From a virus (taxonomy: Duplodnaviria > Caudoviricetes), in the IMG/VR virus record IMGVR_UViG_3300044216_004308, positions 1 through 35,679 of that record: a DNA stretch of 35,679 nt; one strand, given 5' to 3'. Position numbers and translations under genes: made by a program. A model generated the notes under the pieces. It searched no databases and was not told the origin of the DNA. It saw only the letters and a list, made by a program, of their open reading frames with translations. Shown here piece after piece: positions 1 to 8,849 of this stretch. Numbering within the stretch: position 1 is the stretch's first letter; each line of letters opens with the position of its first letter.

Positions 1-480
1 AGATGTCATTGTGCCGGCGAAATTTTCATCATCACCTAGTGCGGCCGCTAACTCATTAAGTGTATCTAAAGCGCCTGGGGCACCGTCGATAACTGCTTGT
101 GTACCTGTTGAAATTAATGCATTGATTGTTCCTTGTGCTGATGCTGATAGTGTTAACGCACCATTGATGTTTGTTGCACCATCAAGATCCGTTGTACCAT
201 CAACTTCAAGGTCATTATGCATTTTAACTTTACCACGAAAGTTTTTACCAACAGTAGAACCACCGTCACCTCTATCTTGTGATGCAAGAATAGATACGTT
301 ACGTTCTAGGTCAGCAATACGTCTTAAGTTTGATTTTGTACCAGTAAATAGAATATCGTCAGTAGTAGTATCTACTGTACCAGTAACTTGTTCCAAGTTA
401 CCACTTGTGTCGTATTTAAATGTTGTTCCACGTGCAATAGTTGTATTCGTAGAACCGTTGTGTCTAAATTTTCTTCCCAT
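1..480 (-). CDS. Tail fibre-like structural protein, 5' part (runs off the window start; missing from the ORF track)
   Basis: ATG at 478-480 with AAGGAG SD; open to position 1. Translation MGRKFRHNGSTNTTIARG...VIDGAPGALDTLNELAAALGDDENFAGTMTS contains the common phage tail-fibre motif APxxLDTLxELAxALGxDxNF. Confidence 0.8.
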   Translation of the reverse strand, partial: MGRKFRHNGSTNTTIARGTTFKYDTSGNLEQVTGTVDTTTDDILFTGTKSNLRRIADLERNVSILASQDRGDGGSTVGKNFRGKVKMHNDLEVDGTTDLDGATNINGALTLSASAQGTINALISTGTQAVIDGAPGALDTLNELAAALGDDENFAGTMTS

Positions 481-534
481 TAGTGTCTCCTTAAATCGGG
501 AGGTCTTTAGATGACCTCATGTTCATAACTGAAC

Positions 535-561
535 TAGTGGAGGGGATTAGTCCCTCCACTA
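535..561 (-). terminator. GC-rich stem-loop after the fibre gene (terminator or processing hairpin)
   Basis: TAGTGGAGGG-N7-CCCTCCACTA inverted repeat just downstream of the stop at 578; the U-tract is weak. Confidence 0.5.
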
Positions 562-577
562 TTTGTTAAGTTAAACT

Positions 578-2602
578 TTATGCCTCATCAAAGTATACAA
601 CTTCAATTTCGTCATCTTCTGCAACAACGCCTGCGGCGAATGTTAAACCAGTTGAAGAAATTGATACTTCGTTTGGTCTTGCGACCATTCTGTTTATGTA
701 TACTACTGCGTAAGGTGAATCGTTGATTTCTGATGCAAAATCAATACCACCGATATCAATCTTACCTGCAGTTAATTGAGCCCATGTTTTAGTTAGTGTA
801 GCAGATGTGTTATCTGTTTCGTCTTGTGCAGAAATTTCATAAGCATCTGTATGTTTCTTAGCTGAATCAGCCAATTTCACATAACGTCCGTCTAGTGAAA
901 CAGTAACATCTGATTGAGTACCAACTGATAAAGTTAGTGTACCATTTGAGAATGATGCACCATCTACATAGTCATTAACTTCAACTTGTGTATTTGTTAC
1001 TGTTAAAGTACCAGCCGCATCATCATATGATAATGAGATACCTGTACCTGCAGTCATTAACGCCGCTACTCTATCATCAACACGTTCATTTGTGTGATAT
1101 AGGTTTGTAGAGCCTTCAGCCAAATCATCTGATGTATGATTGGCGATACTAGCAATCTGCGTTGGTGTTGTATAAGACATGATACCAGTTGTACTGTCAT
1201 AGCTTAAGTCACTGTTTGCAGAAATTGCCGCTCTTGCACGTGCAGTTGTATGATACTGATTAGATGCGCCTTCTGATAAATCATCAGTTGTAGCCGCCGC
1301 CATTTTTGTATCCCAACGTGCAGTTGTGTAATAAAGATTTGTTGAACCTTCAGATAAATCATCTGTATCTGCGGTTGCCATCTTAGCGTCCCAACGTGCA
1401 GTTGTATAGTAAAGGTTGCTTGAACCTTCTGCTAGGTCGTCTGTATCTGATGATGCTAGACCTTGTGTAGAAATTACACCTGTTGTTGAGTTGTAAGTTA
1501 AGTCACCTGATACTGAGATTGCATTTCTGGCTCTTGTATCTGTGTAGTATAAGTTTGTACCACCTTCAGTAATATCATTTGTTGTATGATTTGATACGTC
1601 TGAAACTTGGCCTGTTACGTTTCCTTGTACGTTACCGGATACGTTACCAACTAAGTTACCACGAAAATCACCTGATGTATATAGGTCTTCTGCACCTATT
1701 GACCATCTGTCGTTTGCTTCGTCCCATAAAAATTGAACGTTTAGGTCATCACCTCTTTCAATCTCAATACCACCTGATGCTGTTGCAGTACCAGTTGCAT
1801 CTGAGTTTAAAAGTAAGATGTTATCAGCTAAATTAATTTCTGATGTGTTAATTGTTGTAGTTGTACCTGAAACTGTCAAGTCACCTGAAATCGTTACGTC
1901 TGATGAAAATGCACCAGTTGTACCAGATATCGCATTTGTACCTGCACCTACTCCTGATGAAATCGCACCGTCTACGTATGATTTGTTTGCCGCGTCCGTA
2001 CCTAATAATGGAGTCGCCACTTCACGAATTAAGTTAGCATTCATGTCAATGTGGTCTCCAACTTGAATGTCGCCTGATGCAGTTTTCAATTCACCTGTGA
2101 ATTGAATACCATTAGCTGATTCTAGTTGTAGTGTACCTGTTCCTGATGTTGCTACCTTAAGTGCTTGGTCTTCTGACGTTGAAATCGAAATAGTTCCAGA
2201 ATCATCTTCGATAACTTTTTTACCGTTAACGTATAAAGATCCAGGACCTACGTAGATATCACGCCACATTAGTGTGGATGAGCCCAAGTCATATGTAACA
2301 TTGGCAGATGGTAGGATGTGACCTGTCATATCTAGGTTACCCGTCATATCTGCACCACCAGAGAACGTTGCTAAGTTTGTTACTGATAGTGTGCCACCTA
2401 CTGAGACATTTGATGAGAACGTTCCCGTTGTCATATTTGCCCCTGCACCTTCACGTGCTAGTGGGTAGCCGCCTGTTGTAGAACCATCGTGAACGACAAG
2501 TGTATTCTTGTCTGTATCGACTGTCACTTCACCTAACAATCCTGTAAAAGATGAATGTTGAGCCGTTGTACCACGACGGAACTGAATTGCATATGCCGCC
2601 AT
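578..2602 (-). CDS. Tail fibre / virion structural protein with Mtd-N-like N-terminal domain and internal repeats
   Basis: Likely start MAAYAIQFRRG at 2602 (GGGAGA SD). N-terminus IQFRRGT..F.G..GE.TVDTDK...VHDG.T.GG resembles the major tropism determinant N-terminal domain. Thr/Ser/Gly-rich with five TDDLxEGxxNxYxT repeats. Confidence 0.75.
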   Translation of the reverse strand: MAAYAIQFRRGTTAQHSSFTGLLGEVTVDTDKNTLVVHDGSTTGGYPLAREGAGANMTTGTFSSNVSVGGTLSVTNLATFSGGADMTGNLDMTGHILPSANVTYDLGSSTLMWRDIYVGPGSLYVNGKKVIEDDSGTISISTSEDQALKVATSGTGTLQLESANGIQFTGELKTASGDIQVGDHIDMNANLIREVATPLLGTDAANKSYVDGAISSGVGAGTNAISGTTGAFSSDVTISGDLTVSGTTTTINTSEINLADNILLLNSDATGTATASGGIEIERGDDLNVQFLWDEANDRWSIGAEDLYTSGDFRGNLVGNVSGNVQGNVTGQVSDVSNHTTNDITEGGTNLYYTDTRARNAISVSGDLTYNSTTGVISTQGLASSDTDDLAEGSSNLYYTTARWDAKMATADTDDLSEGSTNLYYTTARWDTKMAAATTDDLSEGASNQYHTTARARAAISANSDLSYDSTTGIMSYTTPTQIASIANHTSDDLAEGSTNLYHTNERVDDRVAALMTAGTGISLSYDDAAGTLTVTNTQVEVNDYVDGASFSNGTLTLSVGTQSDVTVSLDGRYVKLADSAKKHTDAYEISAQDETDNTSATLTKTWAQLTAGKIDIGGIDFASEINDSPYAVVYINRMVARPNEVSISSTGLTFAAGVVAEDDEIEVVYFDEA
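1235..1450 (-). repeat. Tandem 78-nt (26-aa) coding repeats
   Basis: DTDDLAEGSSNLYYTTARWDAKMATA / DTDDLSEGSTNLYYTTARWDTKMAAA / TTDDLSEGASNQYHTTAR; identical 17-mer tcccaacgtgcagttgt at 1311 and 1389. Confidence 0.85.
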
Positions 2603-2718
2603 ATTATTTCTCCCGTCTATAAAAAATCGATTTAATAATAGACAATACAAAGACACGCTCTGTATAATCTATGATTATTTATCTTGAATTTGTGATTTTT
2701 AGTGTTTATGAATTATTT

Positions 2719-3429
2719 TTATATAATTGCAACTTCAATGACTTTTTCACCAGAATCATCATTATTTACTAAAGATTTTGCAAAAACTGAACGTCCCATG
2801 TCTGTCCCACCTACTGATACACCATATCCTGGTGTTTTAGATGTGACGATTAAATCACCTTTTTTAACTGGTCCTATAATCTTACAAGGAACTCTTCCTT
2901 TTAACGCAACGTAAGGATGTGTACTATCTTCACCTGCATTTGAATTCATTTTTAGTCCTGGATCTGTAGAAATAACACCTGCTACTTTATAATCTGCTTC
3001 TACATCAGTTGTTGTTATTTCTTTATCTCCATCAAATACTACTACAGTTCCTGGTTCATATTCAGCATCTGCCTCATATCTTTCAGCCAAGTCAGCATAT
3101 GTTGCCTCTACTGTATGACCATATATTCTTCTCCATTGAAATGAATTTGAACCTATATCATATGTATTATCCGCTGATGGGAATAATCCAGTTGTCATGT
3201 TTGTTAATACACCTTGTACTTTTGAATCTGTGTAATAAAGATTATTAGTGCCTTCAGATAGATTATCAGTTGTGACCCCTAATATGTCTCCTGTAATAGT
3301 TACATTTCCATTTTCTGAAATTGAAAATATAGAATTTGCTTTATTAACAGTATCTAACATTGGGTCTTTGTTTGAATGTAAAGCAAAATATCCTGCATTT
3401 CCATAAACGTTATTTTTGTCCAAGAACAT
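2719..3429 (-). CDS. Fibre C-terminal part with intramolecular-chaperone / peptidase G2-like domain (possibly fused to 3492-4355)
   Basis: YADLAERYEAD..YEPGTVV...VAGVIST.PG..MN...VALKGRVPCK..GPV.KGDLIVTS..PG motif; the frame stays open upstream to about 3608. Confidence 0.7.
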   Translation of the reverse strand: MFLDKNNVYGNAGYFALHSNKDPMLDTVNKANSIFSISENGNVTITGDILGVTTDNLSEGTNNLYYTDSKVQGVLTNMTTGLFPSADNTYDIGSNSFQWRRIYGHTVEATYADLAERYEADAEYEPGTVVVFDGDKEITTTDVEADYKVAGVISTDPGLKMNSNAGEDSTHPYVALKGRVPCKIIGPVKKGDLIVTSKTPGYGVSVGGTDMGRSVFAKSLVNNDDSGEKVIEVAII

Positions 3430-3491
3430 GTTTATAGATGATCCACCACCTATAGCAATACCTTCTAAACTATCTGATGGTAAACTATAGT

Positions 3492-4355
3492 TTAAATCAA
3501 TAAGACTATCTGTAAATTTGTTGGTAAACTTGAACCTGTTGATCCTCCTGTTGATCCTGATATTACATTTGTATCTGTTAATAACCCAAAATCTGTTGGT
3601 GCATCATAACTAATAACACCTGTTGTATTGTCATAACCTATTTCATTACCTATTACAGAAATTGCCTGTCTTGCATCCGTATCAGAATAATAATTTCCTG
3701 AGAAAGATATTTCACCTGTTGCAGGATCATAAGAAAGTTCACTAGCTGGTTCAACACTAATTGCCGCTCTTGCTCTTTGGTCTGTAAAATACTGATTTGT
3801 GCCCTCTGGTAAATCATCTGTAGTATTAGTTGTAACAGACCAAGTAAGTGTAGTGAAAGTTGCTTGTGCTGGTGTATTTGCACCTATTACGGTACCATCT
3901 ATATTACCTGCATTTATATCAACTGTACCATCACCTGTTATATCAATAATTTTTATTGCATTTTCTGAATTGATATCAGCAACAATGCCTGCCGATGCTA
4001 CTATATTTGTAGCTGATATTGAACCTGTTTCTAAACTTTCAGCGAAAGTTGAAAATGTGCCTGTCGTTTCATTCCAACCAAATTTAACATTAGTATCTGA
4101 ACCTCTATTAATTTCGATTCCAACATCTTCTGATGCCGCACCTGTGTGGTCTCCATTTAATAACATAAATGGGTCTGCAACTGAAACTGTTTCTGAATTA
4201 ACTGTGGTAGTAGAACCTTGAACTACAAGGTTACCTGCGATTTCGACTGTTCCACTTCTGGTTTCCAGTATAGCATTATCTGTTGGACCACTATCTAAAA
4301 AAACTTTTGCGCCTTTTAAGAATAATCTGTCACCGAATTTAATTTGTTCTGCCAT
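3492..4355 (-). CDS. Tail fibre-like structural protein, N-terminal part
   Basis: GAGAGAG SD and late promoter upstream. GNLVVQGSTTTVNS...LLN...GIEINRG segment is paralogous to the 578-2602 protein; has a TTDDLPEGTNQYFTDQRARAAIS repeat. Confidence 0.7.
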   Translation of the reverse strand: MAEQIKFGDRLFLKGAKVFLDSGPTDNAILETRSGTVEIAGNLVVQGSTTTVNSETVSVADPFMLLNGDHTGAASEDVGIEINRGSDTNVKFGWNETTGTFSTFAESLETGSISATNIVASAGIVADINSENAIKIIDITGDGTVDINAGNIDGTVIGANTPAQATFTTLTWSVTTNTTDDLPEGTNQYFTDQRARAAISVEPASELSYDPATGEISFSGNYYSDTDARQAISVIGNEIGYDNTTGVISYDAPTDFGLLTDTNVISGSTGGSTGSSLPTNLQIVLLI

Positions 4356-4388
4356 GTGTTTTCTCTCTCAAAAGAATGATTTATAAAT

Positions 4389-4396
4389 GTATTTAT
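4389..4396 (-). promoter_or_regulatory. T4-type late promoter (ATAAATAC)
   Basis: Minus strand TGATAAATAC ~35 nt upstream of the fibre gene; same core at 8443, 8840, 13002, 20582 and 32561. T4 consensus is TATAAATA. Confidence 0.7.
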
Positions 4397-4420
4397 CAGA
4401 TTTGATAGGAAAGTAGAAAC

Positions 4421-4449
4421 AAAAAAACCCGGGATTGCTCCCGGGTTTT
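4421..4449 (-). terminator. Rho-independent terminator of the capsid operon
   Basis: Minus strand AAAACCCGGGA-GCAA-TCCCGGGTTTTTTT, ~25 nt after the major capsid stop. Confidence 0.9.
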
Positions 4450-4473
4450 CTTTAATAGCAGTATAATATAATA

Positions 4474-5628
4474 TTATACGAAAGCTAGATTGCTAACTGC
4501 GATTTTAGATACGTAGTCAGCCGCATTACCTAGAGATGATGCAGTGTTTGTTAGTTCAACATAACCATAACGAGTCATGAATGATACTACTGGCTCAAAA
4601 GAAGCCGGATCAACTACAACGCCTGAAGACATTAGCGGAACGTACGGACAATAGAAAGCCGCCGCATCGATTTCGCCAGCACCTTTGTAACCAAGTAGTA
4701 CGTCATCGTTAGATGCATATGTGTTTACATATACTCTCATTGTACCGTTTAGAGTACCTACGAATTTAGTATTTGTTGGTGCTTCAAAAGTACCTTCAGT
4801 TGTTCTAGCAAATGCTGATGTTGTAGCAGATTGTAGAACTGTTAAAGCTGATGGTGAAAGCACTGCCCAGTTCGCCGCGCCTCTACGAGTACGTTGAGCG
4901 ATTAGGTTTGCTTGTTGATTGATTAGTGTCGCAAGAACGGCATGTCTGTCACCGATAAATGTTGGTGTACCTGTGAAAGAACCTGACATGTCATATGTTC
5001 CACCTGTTGTTGCTAGAGCAGATAGTGAGCCTAAGATTTCTTGGTCGATTTCAGCAGTGATTTCCATTGCTAGAGCCGCCATGATTTCAGCTTCAATATC
5101 TAGACCGTGCATTGAGTTAGCATCTTGTGCCGCCTCAAAAGTCCAACGTGCAGATAGCTTTCTTGTTTTCGCTTCTACAGTTTGCTTTAGAACTTGGATT
5201 GACATTTTTGATCCTGGCTCACCTTCTAGTGATGCAGTTGCCGCCGGTGCCGCTGATGCGTCACCTGAGTAAGCGTTTGCAATTTCGAATGGTGATAGAG
5301 CCTCATCACCTGCTGATACGCCAGCTTTTGCTTCTGCGTATCTTACACGTAATGTGTGGATCTGACCTACTGGTCCTGTCATTGGCTGTACGCCGATGAT
5401 TTCGTTTGCGATAACTGTTGGCATTACACGACGGATAACTGGTAGGATCACTTTGTTAAGTGTTGCGATGTTACCAGCCTGTGTTGCACCAGCAGTTGCA
5501 CTCTCATTAAGAGCGACTTTGGTGTTTTCTAAAACTGCGGACATTGTGTCACGTTTTGTGCCTTCTAAACCTTCTAAAAGAGCATTTCTTGTGTTGTCCC
5601 AGTTATTTCCTTCAAAAAGATTTTCCAT
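4474..5628 (-). CDS. gp23: Major capsid protein (T4 gp23 family)
   Basis: Motifs RRVMPTVIANEIIGVQPMTGPVGQI, VEAKTRKLSARWTFEAAQD, EITAEIDQEI, AFYCPYVPL, TRYG; downstream of scaffold and protease. Confidence 0.95.
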   Translation of the reverse strand: MENLFEGNNWDNTRNALLEGLEGTKRDTMSAVLENTKVALNESATAGATQAGNIATLNKVILPVIRRVMPTVIANEIIGVQPMTGPVGQIHTLRVRYAEAKAGVSAGDEALSPFEIANAYSGDASAAPAATASLEGEPGSKMSIQVLKQTVEAKTRKLSARWTFEAAQDANSMHGLDIEAEIMAALAMEITAEIDQEILGSLSALATTGGTYDMSGSFTGTPTFIGDRHAVLATLINQQANLIAQRTRRGAANWAVLSPSALTVLQSATTSAFARTTEGTFEAPTNTKFVGTLNGTMRVYVNTYASNDDVLLGYKGAGEIDAAAFYCPYVPLMSSGVVVDPASFEPVVSFMTRYGYVELTNTASSLGNAADYVSKIAVSNLAFV

Positions 5629-5654
5629 CTTTTATTCTCCTGATATTATCCTGG

Positions 5655-6773
5655 TTAATTTTGTAACCCAGCTAATTTCTTAAGCTGAATTATTTCGGCA
5701 TCACTTCCTGACGACTGTGATTCTTCCGTTACTACCTCACGGTCACCAGTTTGTTCAGTCATTTTGCCTTCTGTTAATGTTTGTGTTTCTTCTTTCGTTG
5801 AAACGTTTTTCTCGTCCAAAACTGCTGGTAGGTATTTTTTGAATGCAGTTTTTAGATTTGAAGTTTTTACTGACTCAAGTAGTTCATTCATTACTTTAGC
5901 TTTTTCTTTGCCTAACGGTGCCATTAGACTTGCCATAACCTCTTTACGGTCAATCTTATCTTCTAGTACACGTTTTGCCTTTTCAGCATTTTCAATGCTT
6001 GAATCTTTTTCAGCGATTACTTTTTCAAGTTCTTTAACCTTTGTAGCTGAATCATCCAACTTCTTGTTCATTTTAGCTACTTCTGTACCTTCATTTAAAT
6101 GTGAAGTCATGAATTCGCCTGAGAACGCTTCAAATACCTTACGGCCAAATTCGTTTTCTTTAGCCGCTTGAATATCTTCTTTTAGCGTTTTCATTTCTGA
6201 ACGTAGAGAATTTTTAATTGTATTCTCTACTAATTCTGCTGAACGTTTAATAAAGTTCTGCTTAGTCTTGTTAAGTAGTTCTTTACCTTCTGCTACTAAA
6301 CGTACCTTAGTATCTACTAATTCACGTTTATCGTTGTGGAACTCAGCTAGTTCACGTGATAGTTGCTTAACTACGAATTTCTTAGTTTGTTCAAGATTTT
6401 CGTTAACTTTCGCTCTATCACTTCTAAGTTCCTTAACTTCGGTCGCCAAACGAGAAGTAATGAATTTTTCAAGGAGTTTTGCATGTTCAGAAATTGCTTT
6501 CTTATATGCAACTCGTTCTGCGATTAGAGATTCACGGTCTGATTTGAACTCTGCCATTTCGTTTGTAATTGAATTCTTAAGCATGTTATCCATAGCCTCG
6601 ACAATTACTGATTTGTCATGTTCAAATTTTTGTGCGAATTCCTCACGCAACTCGGCTGTAATCTCCTCTCTTGCTTCTGATAGTTTTTTGTCCAGAGCCT
6701 CTTTAATTTGTGAACTAGCCTCTTCGGATAGAACACCAGTCTCTAGAAGATTAGCAAGGATTTCGTTTGCCAT
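5655..6773 (-). CDS. gp22: Prohead core scaffolding protein (gp22-like)
   Basis: Long E/K-rich coiled coil between the protease and capsid genes, the T4 gene order. Confidence 0.8.
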   Translation of the reverse strand: MANEILANLLETGVLSEEASSQIKEALDKKLSEAREEITAELREEFAQKFEHDKSVIVEAMDNMLKNSITNEMAEFKSDRESLIAERVAYKKAISEHAKLLEKFITSRLATEVKELRSDRAKVNENLEQTKKFVVKQLSRELAEFHNDKRELVDTKVRLVAEGKELLNKTKQNFIKRSAELVENTIKNSLRSEMKTLKEDIQAAKENEFGRKVFEAFSGEFMTSHLNEGTEVAKMNKKLDDSATKVKELEKVIAEKDSSIENAEKAKRVLEDKIDRKEVMASLMAPLGKEKAKVMNELLESVKTSNLKTAFKKYLPAVLDEKNVSTKEETQTLTEGKMTEQTGDREVVTEESQSSGSDAEIIQLKKLAGLQN

Positions 6774-6787
6774 TGTTGCTTCTCCTG

Positions 6788-7417
6788 TTAAAGTTTAAGT
6801 TCATTAATGAACTTAACTAATTGTTCTGACAAGTACTTTTGAGCGACCTTGTCTTGTTGTACATTCTGTGCTAGTTGCCAAGTTTGGTAACCACCACGCA
6901 TGTTCATTAAACCTTCGTAGATTGCCTTAGGGTAGGCCTCCGGCGCACTTGGTTGTGCAACGATGTCTACTGTGACAATCTCAAAATTCTTCACTTCACC
7001 ATTTGGACCAACTTCACCTGAACCACGAGATGAAACGCCTAGTGTAGCGCCTGACTCGATTAATGTTCTGATAATGTTTCCCATTGGTGTAGGAACAATT
7101 TTAAGTTTACCGTACCCGTTCGGTCCATCCATCCACATAGATTCAATAATATGCGAAACTCTGTCAACGTTGACAGTTAATTCTGGTGGGTGGTCACATT
7201 CGCCTAGTACAGGAAAACCTTCGTCAATTTTCTTTTGTACTGACTCCACTGCGTTAGCAATTTCGTTAACCGGATAAACACGTTGGTTAGCATTTTTTAC
7301 GTTACCTTGAACGAAAATGCCTTCCATAAACATGTTCTTAGCACCATCATCACCTTCAACAATACGAGATTTAACTTTCGCTTGATTATGTGATAGTCTT
7401 TCTATAAGAACGGTCAT
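6788..7417 (-). CDS. gp21: Prohead core protease (gp21)
   Basis: EGIFVQGNVKNANQRVYP, GECDHP, VSH, LGVSSRGSG, DIVAQPSAPEA motifs. Confidence 0.93.
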   Translation of the reverse strand: MTVLIERLSHNQAKVKSRIVEGDDGAKNMFMEGIFVQGNVKNANQRVYPVNEIANAVESVQKKIDEGFPVLGECDHPPELTVNVDRVSHIIESMWMDGPNGYGKLKIVPTPMGNIIRTLIESGATLGVSSRGSGEVGPNGEVKNFEIVTVDIVAQPSAPEAYPKAIYEGLMNMRGGYQTWQLAQNVQQDKVAQKYLSEQLVKFINELKL

Positions 7418-7439
7418 TGGTTATCTCCAAAAGTATTTC

Positions 7440-8363
7440 TTACGATGAAACTGACTTAGTGTTAGCCCCATCATCACCTGCTGATGCCGATGCCGGCTTC
7501 ATTGCTGGTGCTTTACTGTTTCCAGATACGTTTACATTTTTTGTAGCCATATCTTTTGGTGCATCGCCTTTTCCGCCCGCAGTGTTACCATCGTGGGTTT
7601 TTACTGGCGCCGCACTTGAATCGTCTCCAGGACGTTTTGGATTTGCATTAACTGGTGATTTAGCATTGTCGCCATTATCGCCTGCTTTTGCAGTCATTGG
7701 AGTTTTATATTCTTCCAATTTTTCTTCCGCATCGTCTGAATCTTCATCTGATTCTTCTAGGTCAAGTTCTAATTCGTCTTCTGAACCTTCTTCTACTTTA
7801 TCTTCTGTAGCTTCCTCTGATGATTCTTCTACTTCTGATGTTTCTTCGATTGTTGGTTCTTCAACTGCCTCAGCTTCCATGTCCATTTCAGCCTCTTCTT
7901 CATCGGCTTCATCTTCCATGTCATCTTTTTCGCCTGACATAATTTTTTCGAATTCTGCTTCCAAATCAGCAAGATTCGATTCTAGGTCGTCTACACGATC
8001 CTCGATATCACCTTCTTTAGATTCAGCATCGTCCATTTCTAGGTCGTCCATTGCTTCATCTTCTGATTTTTCGTCTTCGTCATAGAATTCTTCGTTTTCG
8101 ATTTCTGCTTTGTCTGATTCAATTTCATCATTTGATTCTACTGATTCAGGTTCTGCGTCTTTCGATGCTTCCTCAACGGTTTCATCCTCAGACTCGTCTA
8201 TATCTTCAAGGTCTTCTTCTACAACTTCGTCACTTTCGTTTAGAAGTTCTTCATGGATTCTACGAGCTTCGGCTACTATGAAGTCATGTAACATGGCTTC
8301 TGCGGCTTCACGCTCCTCGTTGATAAGAAGTTCTAGTACGTTTTCTAGTGTACTTCTTGACAT
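7440..8363 (-). CDS. Highly acidic prohead core / internal protein (gp67/gp68-like position)
   Basis: Very D/E-rich, low complexity; between portal and protease; AAGGAG SD and late promoter. Confidence 0.6.
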   Translation of the reverse strand: MSRSTLENVLELLINEEREAAEAMLHDFIVAEARRIHEELLNESDEVVEEDLEDIDESEDETVEEASKDAEPESVESNDEIESDKAEIENEEFYDEDEKSEDEAMDDLEMDDAESKEGDIEDRVDDLESNLADLEAEFEKIMSGEKDDMEDEADEEEAEMDMEAEAVEEPTIEETSEVEESSEEATEDKVEEGSEDELELDLEESDEDSDDAEEKLEEYKTPMTAKAGDNGDNAKSPVNANPKRPGDDSSAAPVKTHDGNTAGGKGDAPKDMATKNVNVSGNSKAPAMKPASASAGDDGANTKSVSS

Positions 8364-8442
8364 AATACGTCTCCTTATCTATATACAGCCACAAAACATG
8401 AACTGTGGCAAGGTTGTAGAAACACTTCTATTTGTTTCACAT

Positions 8443-8451
8443 GTATTTATA
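8443..8451 (-). promoter_or_regulatory. T4 late promoter TATAAATA
   Basis: Exact TATAAATAC on the minus strand upstream of the head operon. Confidence 0.75.
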
Positions 8452-8590
8452 GAGGTATTTGGGGTTTATGACGGAAATGTGAAAAAATGGCTACTTTTTA
8501 AGCCATTCTGGATCATAAGTTATTTAGAATATTACTTATGTTCTTTAAATACGTACTTATAGCACTATATGTGTAAGAAATTTGACGTTT

Positions 8591-8812
8591 TTATAAGTCA
8601 GCAGGAGTTTCAGAACCTTTAGAAGAACCACCATATTGTGTTTTTAATTGCACTTTTTTCTGGTCATTCTTGTATTCTCTATATGCTCTAATTTTTCTCA
8701 AATCATTAAGGTGTGAAAGTGTTAGACGTTTCTTTCTAGTATCGTCTAATTCTATACTATTGTGCTTATCTCTTTCAGGAGAATAGTTTTCCTTAATTTC
8801 TGAATACTTCAT
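8591..8812 (-). CDS. Small basic hypothetical protein in the head module
   Basis: 73-aa ORF with its own late promoter at 8840-8847, directly after the portal gene. Confidence 0.65.
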   Translation of the reverse strand: MKYSEIKENYSPERDKHNSIELDDTRKKRLTLSHLNDLRKIRAYREYKNDQKKVQLKTQYGGSSKGSETPADL

Positions 8813-8839
8813 TATAAAATTCCAATGTTTCTAACAAAT

Positions 8840-8847
8840 GTATTTAT
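8840..8847 (-). promoter_or_regulatory. Late promoter (ATAAATAC)
   Basis: AGATAAATAC on the minus strand right after the portal stop. Confidence 0.6.
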
Positions 8848-8849
8848 CT

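Noticed and set aside
11-514. 167-aa + strand ORF
   Set aside because: Antisense shadow of the real minus-strand fibre gene (1-480), which has an SD and a recognisable motif.
500-518. AGGTCTTTAGA hairpin shared with 14684-14697
   Set aside because: An 11-nt match in opposite transcriptional orientations with only two copies; could be chance.
1235-1450. Possible CRISPR array or DGR template/variable repeat pair (given the Mtd-N-like domain)
   Set aside because: Repeats are in-frame coding units with mostly synonymous differences; no unique spacers, no adenine-specific pattern noticed, no RT or cas gene.
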